A DNA stretch of 63,273 bases, counting the filler, from Octopus bimaculoides (lineage: Eukaryota): the NCBI RefSeq assembly GCF_001194135.2. It is 5 parts of 4 records of this genome, joined end to end, with 100 filler letters (N's around TTAATTAATTAA, not from the genome) between each part and the next. Parts side by side here need not be neighbours in the genome. Positions count along the whole stretch, not along the records: positions 47,390 to 61,752 come from NC_068982.1; positions 61,853 to 63,273 come from NC_068998.1; 3 more parts are not named here. The stretch is one strand, 5' to 3'. The notes below the pieces were generated by a model, which was not told the DNA's origin, searched no databases, and saw only the letters and a list, made by a program, of their open reading frames with translations. Below are positions 52,575 through 63,273 of the stretch, piece by piece. The number at the start of each line of letters is the position of its first letter. Position 1 is the stretch's first letter. Position numbers and translations under genes: made by a program.

Positions 52575-55190
52575 CGCACGCTGTGTTGTGGTTCACTGTT
52601 GTTTGTGCCGCTGTTGTCTATGTTGATTTTTTCACACTTGATTCTTCACACCACGAGATTCTTTTCACCCGCGTGTTTTCTTTTACTTTTTCTGTGTTAG
52701 TATATTACATGTTTTCTGTGCTTCTCTGTGTTAGTATTTTTACATATTTTTCATTTCATATATTTGGGGGATTCATTGACTCAGCTGGATTTATGATTTC
52801 ACTTGGTTATTTCTCTTCATAAAAATTTAAATTAGGAGTATTTCTTAAACCGTTAGCTTCACATTTCAATAGCTTAACTGAAATTTAGCCCACATAGCAG
52901 AAACTGAGAGGGATATGGTGGAACAGTGAAACTGTGGGTGATACAGATAGTTTGACATTATTTTTGAATTCTGCATTTAGAAACCTATAATGAACAGGTC
53001 ATGTCACAGACGTTAAACTATAAATTTCACAGGGTACAACATGAAAGTTGACACCGCTCCGTTAACCGCAGAAAATTTCTGTCTCGCTATTGGCTAAAAC
53101 TACAGAGGTTTCTAATCTTTAAACCTCTGTAACTCTTTCCTCCATTTTTTATCTCCACAACATAATCCCCTCATAGTATTGAGATTGGACGACTACTTTA
53201 TTGTAGCCAATTTTCAGATTTTTTACTTCCTTTAAAAAAAAAAAACATATTTTGCGAATGAAAAAGACTAGATCCACAAAGTTTAGCCACAAGGCATTGG
53301 TTGATCGGCCTATGGTAGAAGACGTCTAAGCCACCATGCATTGGGATCGGACGTAGAACTATGCATTTGCCATACTTACACTCTGAGACCTTTAATTGTC
53401 CAAGCTATTGATTGAATCATCTGTACTGCACCACACAAGTTAATGTTTTTTTGATATACAATAGCAAAAATATATTTAGTGCTATGTAGCTGATTTCAAA
53501 AGTTTTCTTTGTATATGTTTTAATATATTATTGTGCATTTCGAAAGCAATCTATGTTATAAACTCAAAATAAGAGCAATAAGTTGACAAAAACAGCCGTT
53601 GAGTGAGTTAAATGCCATAAAATAACTTAGTCATGTCTCTCTGTTCATACTCTACCTGAATTGCTTTCCTTCTATCCCGGGACAATAAAATATATACCCC
53701 CAATATATTTTTTTGATTTAATCGGCTGTATTCCTTTAATACAAAGGAGGCTTGGTAAACAGTATACTCTTCTTTGAAAATACTAATTTGACTCAGTATC
53801 AATAAAATATTGACACTAACTGTTTTATCTAACCTAAATGCAACACACATAACATGTTTAGAATACTGAACGCACGATCGTGAGTCCGCTACCTAGACTG
53901 GGCGCAGTTTTATGACCTTGGGCGTGGTATTTTATTTCATTTTATTTCAATTGCAAACCAGTACCAGCTAAGTGTTGAATAGAGTGAGGTTCTGTATTTC
54001 GTGGATGCGAGAAAATGGAAGACGTAACATTAATGCCGTTTCTAATTGCATTACAAAACACAAATGAAGTAGCTTTGTAGTTTGAAACCACATCGCAGTT
54101 TCAGCTGAACAATAGCTTACTCCTTGCTCTATACAACGCTGGTCAGAGTCAAACTATATTGCAATGCATTTAGTTCGGCGCTGTACTTTTTTTTTTTCGC
54201 TAACTCATAATTCTTATGAATAAAAAAATATATATACATTAATGAAAAATGATTTTATCCTCAACCACTGAAAGAAACGTCACAGAAGGCATTCTTTATT
54301 TGCTGAATTAAATACTTGAATGTGTGTTAAACATTAATTAAACATTTAAATACATTCATTTAGAATTAAGAACCAATTATACTTTCCACTCAAACGTTGC
54401 CAATTATGCAGTTGTTTTAATGAAAACTCAAGATGACTTGATATTTTTTTAACGTTCCTTAATTAGAACAAACTTAGATGTTTAGTGCCACTTTCGACTG
54501 AAAACTGTCTACATAGTAATTATTCTGAGATAAGCAAATTTGAGCCAGAAAATAAAATATAGTAATTAAAAAAAAAACAAATTAAAAAAGAACAAACAAA
54601 CTAACAAAGTAGGTATTTGCTTACGGTTAATTATGTAGATAGTAGCCGTATCATAAAAGAACCTTATGTTACTTTATTTAAAACATACCTTCAATACTTG
54701 TTTGTTTCTTGAGTGAAATACCTTTAAAAATAGATCTTACAAAAACTATTTTTATTTTCATATATTACAAAGGCCAGATAAAGCAAATTTCAAATTCGAC
54801 GATGATTAATATCTTTTAAGTATACACTTTATCGAAAATATAACTTTAAAACCAAGTGAAAATAAAAATAATTTATCTCCAGAGACTCTTGTTGACCCAA
54901 TATAAAATTCGAAGAATTTTAATGCCGATGGAAAAACAGGCTAGAGCTAATCATTCTGGGTAACACGTCTTTCGTAGATATTAGTTATTAATCCCTTAAG
55001 ACTTGGTATTCAGTTTAGGCATCTAAGAAAATTTAAACCATAGAATTTAGATGCAAAGAAATTCTTGAACATGAGCCTAAAAGCCCATTATTACTTTAAT
55101 ACATATGAATTTAGCCATTACATTTATACTTCAACTTTTTATTAATTATCAGAAATTAAAATAATGTCTATAATTAATCAATATTCCATA

Positions 55191-55400
55191 TGAGGCTGCG
55201 AGCTGGTAGAATAATTATTGTGTCGGACAAAATGCTGAGCAGCATTTCTCCCGGTTCTTTATGGTGAGGTCAACTCTGTCTTTGAGCCTGTCGGGGCCGG
55301 TAAAAGAAGTACTAGTTGAGCAGTGGAGGTCGAGGTAATCAACTAATTTCCCGTTCCGCACCCAAATTTCAGGTCCTGTGCTTATAGTAGAAAGGATTAG
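55191..55400 (+). mobile_element. SINE family A (internally deleted)
   Basis: gaggctgcgagctggtagaa head; tail cctgtgcttatagtagaaagg. Confidence 0.8.
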
Positions 55401-56041
55401 TAATTTATAAAGAACTTTGCTTACGTTGTACGGTAGGGCAAAGTTTGATAAAATCAGTTATTACTATAAAGTAAAAGAATTATACACCAAGTAAGAGAAA
55501 AACAACCTATCAGATTGACCATGAAGCTAATGATGTAGTACGATTTCTTTTCACGTTTATGTGTTAATTTTTACATGCTATTGTCAAAAAGTAAGTCAAG
55601 ACTCTTCATAATCTTCGAGACGGTTGGAAGGAAATTATCTTTAGATCAGGAACTCGGCCCGATTGTGTGCTGCAAGATAGATACCGCAAATAACAACCAA
55701 AATTTAGGCGGCGCTATTAAACCGAGCGTTGAATTACTGTTAATAAAAGACTATAGCAATATATTTTAGCCCCCAAAAATAGTTGTCTAAAAGCAAGTAA
55801 CGACATCACTCTTCTATCACCGATCAGTTTTTACATATATCGCTTCATGAATTATTTTCAGTAACGGTAAGACCATTAGTTGACACTTCTAGCCAAACTG
55901 TGATCTGCGAGTTTGTATGACACACCAACGAAAAATTACCTTGATTTTCTTATTTTCTTTTTAGTACTGATGATCATCTATGTCACATGCGACTCGCTTC
56001 TCGAAAAATGCTACCTATGCCTGAGTTAGAATTTAAATATA

Positions 56042-56390
56042 CAGGTTGTCCCCAAAGTCACTGATAGGTTTCAGTTTTTAATAACCTCTTTAACTTTACA
56101 AATAAATGCATGAATTTTTGTTACAATATAAAGAACATAATGGAAATTAATACGCACAAGTCAAATTTTGCAACACCACTATATCACATATGAAAAATGA
56201 CATCGCTTAAATGACAGCCATTTAAGCGATGTCATTTTTTATATGTGATATAGTGGTGTTGCAAAATTTGACTTGTGCGTATTAATTTCCATTATGTCCT
56301 TTATATTGTATCTAACTTTCATGCATTTATTTGTAAAGTTAAGAAAGTTATTAAAAATTGAAACCCATCAGGGACTTTTGGGACATCCTG
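56042..56390. mobile_element. 349-bp fully palindromic Tc1/mariner-type MITE
   Basis: 172-bp arms (56042-56213 and 56219-56390) around a 5-nt loop; CAGG(T/A)TGTCC termini; TA at 56040-41 and 56391-92. Confidence 0.95.
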
Positions 56391-57935
56391 TATATCTCTA
56401 ACAAAGAACGATCAAAAAAGAAAGAAAAACAATGGTCTGAAGTATCTCACTATTTTATGTTGTGTTGCCTGTAGAGTTAAAATTACGTCAAAGTGGCACT
56501 AGTGTATGAAAACTCCAATAATGGTTTGGAGGTTTCCTGGCAAACACTAGCTCTCATGTTTTCAAAGCAAGTGTAAAGACGTTTGTTTTGAATTTAAACA
56601 TAATACTCGATAACCGAGTTCATAGCTACAACTTTCTCTTCATTACAAACCATATAATGTACCATAGTACACAATGGATTTTTACTGGAATGGTTTAAAT
56701 ATTTTATATTGGAACGATTTAAGTATCTCCGGATCAAAACCATTTGATTCATGAACCATAACTATTTTGAAACACAAACAGTTCTTACTACATAATATAT
56801 AGTGATACCCGATATCAGACAACTAGTATATATTTTTAGTCCCCCTAAATAACTCTTAAATTGCTCAGCTTTTATAGGAAATTCTAGCTAAGGATGAGCT
56901 ACAAAACAAGCTGGAAAAAAAATCACGAAATGCAATACAGAAGATAGAAATTAATACGATACAAGAAGGCATAATTAGCCTTGTTCTAATGAAAAGCATA
57001 CTTAGCCATGTTCTTGCTGAATGAGACGTTCACTGATCTTAAACGCAACCAGATCCACATGTTCTCTCTGAGTTATTGCATCTAAGTTATTTTAAAGCAA
57101 AACAAACTATATTCTTCTGTAGATAAAAGGGAAAAAGGCGTCTCTTCGAATATCGTATGCAAAATCAATGTATTCTTTGCATGCAGATTACAGTTTATAT
57201 ATTCTCTATAAGAGATTTCATTAATTCAAATCACATTTCGTTGTTTTATCTTTTTAGAAAACATATATTCTCAAAAACTCAACATATACAAGGATTGTCA
57301 ACTTCTTGTACAGAGTAACAATTTACATTACACAAGCTGTGTAATAGCGTTCGGAAAGGTGTTCTGCACTCTACGAAACCATAGGATTTTTCAAACCAAC
57401 TGAAATTTCTAAAGCGTCGTAGTCTAGAGGTAAACTCCTAGTGAGACGAGTGGTTTCACTTCTCACTTGAAGCTATTTTTACTTTACATGCATCACTAAT
57501 GCCCTCGGGAAAGGCACTATGTGTTATAAATTCACATATTTCTTCTCTGAAAAATAAAGATTCATTTACAAGCCAATAAGAGAACCTCTATGTGGTTGCT
57601 CCACCTGCTGGAAATGACACTCAAAATTACTTCAAATATTTTACCATCTTAAAAGGTGAGGGACACGTTGGATAATGAAGTTCTAGAAACACAATACTCG
57701 TGTGACTGACTGGATGGACTTCAGTGGAACTTCTTTGATCATAGGACTATTCAGTTATTGATGATAGGGAGCTAAACAGTGGCCAGCAACAATAGTAACG
57801 ATAAAAACAACAGTCATAATAAACCAAGCTAAAACCCCGAATATTAATTTAGATACCTTAATAGTTTAGGAAGGAAAAAAAGACAGTAATAAACCAACCA
57901 TAAAAATATTCAAAATAACTATTACAAGTTCAAAC

Positions 57936-58388
57936 TGCGTAGCAGTGTGAGAAAATGCTTGCTTCCTAACCACATGGTTCTGGGTTCAATCCCACTGCTT
58001 GGTATCTTGGGCTAGTGTATTCTGACATCGTCTCGAACCGACCAAAGCCTTGTGAGTAGATTTGGTAGACAGGAACTGAAACAAGCCCGTCGTATGTGTG
58101 GGTGTGTATGTATGTATGTATGTATATATATATGTGTGTGTGTGTATGTGTATGCGTGTGCGTACGTGTGTGTGCGTCTGTGTTTGTGCCCCCACCACCG
58201 CTTGACAACCGGTGTTGGTGTATTTATATCCCTGTAACTTAGCGGTTCGGCAAGAGGAACTGATAGAATAAGTACTAAGCTTACATAAATAAGTCCTAAG
58301 GTCGATTTGTGCGACTAAAACCTTTCAAGGTGGTGCTCCAGCATGGCCGCAGTCAAATGACTGAAACAAGTAAAAGAGTAAAAGAGTA
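57936..58388 (+). mobile_element. Full SINE family B with internal microsatellite
   Basis: 5' tRNA-like half, TG/TA microsatellite, 3' half ending ggccgcagtcaaatgactgaaacaagtaaaag. Confidence 0.9.
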
Positions 58389-58594
58389 TTATAAGCTCAA
58401 ACTGCCCACTGTTCATGAATTAGTCTCATCTGCTACAGAGAGTGGCACATTGCTTACTATTAGCTCTCAAATCTTGTACCTGTAATATTTCAGTAGCGCT
58501 CGAGAGCTATAAGCTAGATGATGATAACTTTAAGAAAGGAAGTCCTTTAAAAGATGGAAAAATCAACAGAAGAAGTAACATTACTTTGCAGTAA

Positions 58595-59150
58595 TGATGA
58601 ACTGGCAGAATCGTTAGGGCACCGTACAAAGTGCTTAGCAGTATTTCTTCCGGCTCTTTCCGTTCCAAGTTCAAATGCTGCCTAGGTCAACTTTACTTTT
58701 CATCATTTCTGGTTCGATAAAATAAAGTAGCGGTCAAGTAGTGAGGTCGATGTAATCGACTAGCCGTTTCCCCCAGAATGTCAGGCTTTGTGCCTATAGT
58801 AAAAAGAATTATTTGACAGTTAATGTTGGTATTGGCGAAAAAAGTTCTTTGGGACATCTAAAAGTTGGCTAAATTATTATTTTTATTTAGATCAGAGGGC
58901 GTTTGTGTCAATGGTGTTTGAAAAGTTGGTTTTATTTGATAGACAACAGTATTCTAGAATAGCAAGCCGGGCAAAATGCTTAGCGGTATTTCGTCTGTCT
59001 TTATGTTCTGAGTTCAAATTCCGCCGAGGTCGACTTTGCCTTTCATCCTTTCGGGGTAGATAAATTAAGAACCAGTTACGTACTGGGTTGATCTAATCGA
59101 CTGGTTCCCTCCCCCCAAATTTCGGTTCTTGTGCCTAGAGTAGAAAAAAA
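58595..59150 (+). mobile_element. Two SINE family A copies (about 58595-58812 and 58960-59150)
   Basis: Family A bodies; the second is flanked by an agtattcta direct repeat. Confidence 0.85.
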
Positions 59151-59799
59151 TAGTATTCTAAAAGATATGCCATTGTTTCCTACTGTACACGTCACCTGTT
59201 AGCTTCTGTCCAGTAAGTAGATTAGGAAGAAAATGGACTCACTGTCCACTTCATTGGCCGGGAGAATGACACATTTTCCTCTTTGTCGATCGCTTTCTTA
59301 CCATTAAACTACTCACATGTGTCCCTGTATGTTCCGTCTACCTCTCTCTCCTCTCTCTCATTCTTTCTCTCTCTCACTCTTTCTCTCTCTCACTCTTTCT
59401 CTCTCTCACTCTTTCTCTCTCTCTCTCACTCTCCTTTCTCTCACTCTCCTCTCTCTCCCTCTCTCTTTCACTCTCACTCTCTCAATATATATAAGGTGTA
59501 CCAAACATCTAAGGCTACTCTCATTGACGTATTTTTCAAGAACATGAGCAGGCGCAAGTGAAATAAATTTGTTTCAACCGTGAATCCAAACCGAAACAGG
59601 ATCGCAGCTAGCTAAGAATTTTCCTTGAGTTTTAAAGTTCTTACTTCCGATTATTTGTTGATCACGTGTACTTAAAACGGCTGAAATATAACCATTGAGC
59701 GGAGGCTTATTGAAACAATAAGCAGATAAACAATAGGCAGATAAACAATAGGCAGATAAGTCGATAAACTATCAGCTGTGACATCGGTAATTCTTGTAA

Positions 59800-60010
59800 T
59801 GGTTAGGATAAATACGGCTAGCAATTTCGGGGAAGTGGCTAAGTCGATCACATCGACACCAGTGTTCAACTGGCGCTTATTCTATCGATCCCGAAAGGAT
59901 GAAAGGCAAAGTCGACCTCGGCGGTATTTGAACACAGAGCACAAAGACAGACGAAATGCCGTTAAGCATTTTGCCCGGCATGCTAACGATTCGCCCAGCT
60001 CGCCGCCTTG
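59800..60010 (-). mobile_element. SINE family A
   Basis: cgattcgcccagctcgccgcctt head on +; family A body. Confidence 0.9.
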
Positions 60011-60979
60011 GTTAAGACAAATATTATCTACGGATATTTCTATTATGTAACGTGTGCAATTCCAGTGAAAAGATACGAGCCATTTAGAGATTAGCCTCTG
60101 GCCGAGTTGACAGAATATTATTTTCAAAACTTGTAAACACAGTCAAGTCCGTCTATTTCTGATCAAGGGCCATGGATGATATAATTTACTGTTGTAAAAA
60201 GCGGTAGCACTGTGGAATGGATGAATTTTGTCTTGCGGTGCTTAGTTTAATTTATATGGTGGGGAAAGCCACTTGCGATTGAATAGCGTTCTAGCGAAGG
60301 AAATATTTATCTTAATCTTTTATCTCTACAGAAACGGAAGACAAATATTCTATGTATAATAATACCACACACACACACACACACACACACACGTATATCA
60401 TATATGTGTGTGTGTATATGTATGTATGCATGTGTGAGAATTTTCACGTGCGTCTGTGTGTGTACAAGCAATTTTTTCAGTATGAGAAATATGTAGACTA
60501 CCAACAAGCTCAGATCTTAACTGTAGTTTACTGATGACTATGTTCCGGTTTACTGATGACTATGTTCACACTACGGAATCCCTAAAAGCCATCATTTCCG
60601 CATTCGTTACAACGGTCATCCCATAAATAATGCGGTTTTTTAATACTTCTTTTAGTTTTCAAAATTAAGAAGTTCTTTTTCAATCTAAAATTTACTCTCC
60701 TTCATTTCATACAATGTTCTTCTATCTATGTGGTAGAGTTGCAAGGCCCCTCTTCCAAAATTCACTTGTCCGTGACGAAAAATATTCCTCCAGTACTGCC
60801 CTGATCTTGTCTGGAGAATTCATATTTTTTTCATTCTGCGCAAACCACCTCTCGCTCTTTTCCTATCATTCCAATGACTGTAAGCGTCCTCCATACCGAC
60901 TGGACATGGAATCCTTTACAATAACCTCGACAGGGAAAATCCATGACTGCCATCCCTTCTCTCTGCAATGCTCTGCAGA

Positions 60980-61752
60980 AGGGACTGAACCCGGGACCAT
61001 GTGGTTGGGAAGCAAGCTTTTTACCATACAGTCATGCAGTCATTAGATTTCGGCCATGCTGGAGTGCTGCCTTATAGAATTTATAAGAATTTATAAGTTG
61101 AACGAATCTACCCTAGAACTTATTACATTTTTAAGCCTGATACTTATTTTTTCAAACTCTTTTTGTCGAATTGCTAAGCTATGTGGACGTAAACAAACTG
61201 ACACCGGTTGTCAAGCGGTGGGAGTAGGGACAAGAAAAACACACACTTACGCGCACGCACACACACACACACACGCACACATTCGACGGACTTTTTTAGT
61301 TTCCGTCTACCAAATCCACTATAGTCCGAGGCAATAGTAAAAGACACTTGCCCTAGGTGTGGCACGCAGTGGGATTGAACCCGGGACCATGTGGTTGGGA
61401 AGCAAACTTCTTACCATACAGCTACACTTACGCCTATACACCGACTGGGCAGGGAATCTCCCACACAATTAGTGACAACTAAATTTTTCCTTTATGCTAT
61501 ATAGCATATTTATATATACTATTTTACGTTTCAGTCATTTGACAGCAGCCATGCTGGAGCACCGCCTTTAGTCGAAGAAATCGACCCCAGAACTTATTAT
61601 TTGTAAACCTAGAACTTATTCTATCGGTCTCTTTTGCCGAACCGCTAAGTTTCGGGGACATAAACACACCAAGCTTTGGTTTGGGGGTGGGGTGGGGACA
61701 AACACAGACACACACACACACACATAAGTATACACACACACACACACACACA
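60980..61752 (-). mobile_element. Cluster of SINE family B pieces (60980-61037, 61037-61435, 61525-61752)
   Basis: Repeated gggactgaacccgggaccatgtggttgggaagc heads and 3' halves. Confidence 0.85.
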
Positions 61753-62219
61753 NNNNNNNNNNNNNNNNNNNNNNNNNNNNNNNNNNNNNNNNNNNNTTAA
61801 TTAATTAANNNNNNNNNNNNNNNNNNNNNNNNNNNNNNNNNNNNNNNNNNNNCATAGCAATAGACTGTTAAATGTGTTGATGAGGAAAAAGATACTGAAA
61901 AATATCAATACGTAAGAATGACAAAGAAACGAGGAACATATCAGGTGGTCGTGAGATGTGCTACAAATGACAGCTAAATAGCTCTTAAATCACACATCAA
62001 AAATCTTTTCTGTAAGAGGTGCACAATCATGATTTCCCGCATATAGAACACAAATTAGCAAAAAAAAAAAAGAATGTTTTAATTCATAAAAGTCAAAAAG
62101 TTATGAAGGGTTACATGGCGTGCTTAAAGTAGAATTTCACCTGACTTGAGTCTTAGCTGGGCTTATATTCTTACTTTTGATATTCTTGTTATTTAGTCTC
62201 AAGTTTAAGCAGACGAGTG

Positions 62220-62460
62220 AAGGCGTGTGGCGTAAGGTCAGTGTGTTGCATTCACTGTCTCAAGAGCGTGATTTCGATTCCCACCCCAAGCGACACTTTG
62301 TGTTCCCAAGCAAGGCACTTCATTTGTCCGTACGTCCCCTTCACTCAGCTGTAAAAGAGTGACCCTGGAATAAACTAAAGTCCCGTCCAGAAGAAAAGGC
62401 TATGATCTCGGTCATTTATACGCCATGGAATCTGGGCAACCATCTCTATGAATCTTGGTA
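62220..62460 (+). mobile_element. Decayed SINE family C-related copy
   Basis: tgtgttcccaagcaaggcacttcattt...cactcagctgtaaaagag. Confidence 0.65.
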
Positions 62461-62799
62461 CTCGATATAATTATGTCTAGATTTAGCTGACATAAAAAAC
62501 CTTTCTATACACATCTGCTACATGTCTTATCTTTCGGAAATAATGCCTTGTTGATTCTATTACCCAGAACATATTTCCTTTTTCTAGACAATACGATGTA
62601 GTATGAAGAATAATTGATTGCTGTTTCTTGCAATTTGAAAGACCACGTAGTGACTCCCCTGTTATCTCGTTTCTTATGTGCAAAGACTGCAGTCACATTG
62701 CTTATGTGATAGATATAGTGTTTTCTTATCACCTTGGCATGAAACTTCATCTACAAGAACATACAAATTGACTGAATTTCTTAACATATATCAATATAC

Positions 62800-62961
62800 G
62801 CAGGCGTAGTTGTGTGGTATGAATCTTACTTGCCAATCATAGTGTTCCGGATTCAGTTCTACTGCGTTGCACCTTGGGCAAGTGACTTTTACTATAGCCC
62901 CGCACCAAACGAAGCTTTGTGGGTGATTTAGTAGGCAGAAACTACATAGAAGCCCATCGTG
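62800..62961 (+). mobile_element. 5' half of SINE family B
   Basis: gcaggcgtagttgtgtggtatgaatcttacttgcc...ggattcagttctactgcgttgcaccttgggcaag. Confidence 0.85.
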
Positions 62962-62969
62962 TATATATA

Positions 62970-63011
62970 TATATATATAAATGAGAATGTGTGTCTGTGT
63001 GTCTGTCTGTG

Positions 63012-63042
<31 letters not shown>

Positions 63043-63273
63043 GTGAATCCCTAAAACTCGAGAACTACGCAACCAATTTCATTCAAATTTTACACATGCC
63101 TTACTTAGGGTTCCAGTTGTGTTTTAGTCAAAAAAAATTATTAACTTCTTGCAGAGTTCGAGCATAATATCTCCTCCACTATTTAAGTATTACGTGTCAA
63201 AAGTGAAACAAAAACACTCATGTCAAATACTTTCACTTTAAAATGAAACTATTCCACTAACTGAAGCAATCAC
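62970..63273 (+). mobile_element. Probable non-autonomous Helitron/DINE-1-like element, 5' part
   Basis: tatataaatgagaatgtgtg-(GTCT)n-gtgaatccctaaaactcgagaactacgcaaccaatttcattcaaatttt, the layout of Lep1/DINE-1-like elements (recalled). A similar start occurs at about 25398-25480. Confidence 0.55.

Noticed and set aside
59715-59765. 15-bp x3 repeat as a CRISPR-like array
   Set aside because: No spacers, eukaryotic context; it is an ordinary minisatellite.
60526-60567. 20-bp direct repeat containing CTGATGA (ribozyme or C/D box?)
   Set aside because: A simple local duplication with no GAAA/stems and no matching D box structure.

Overview
AT-rich, microsatellite- and repeat-dense eukaryotic (animal) scaffold with several N gaps. 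The repeat landscape resembles an octopus or other coleoid cephalopod genome; this is inference and was not database-checked. The only host coding sequence I can support is the large terminal exon (11164-12065, +) of a THIK-type two-pore K+ channel (KCNK12/KCNK13 family). Its first exon is not visible, so 1-11163 is probably intron. The rest is transposon-derived: at least three tRNA-derived SINE families, decayed RTE LINEs, R4/Dong-like RLE retrotransposons in (TAA)n, a Ty3/Gypsy fragment with an intact 3' LTR plus a second LTR, several Tc1/mariner elements and MITEs, and a Helitron-like end. The most notable observation is three divergent Penelope-like (Naiad-type GIY-YIG) fragments with type-I hammerhead ribozyme motifs. 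Two motifs have intact cores and unusually long, still-pairing stem II arms (21373-21505 and 47428-47514). Also notable are a twin-priming-like inversion, a 349-bp palindromic MITE with an identity gradient, a mariner made of two 5' ends, and RFX X-box motifs carried by mariner ends. All alignments and folds were done by eye, so element ends are approximate.
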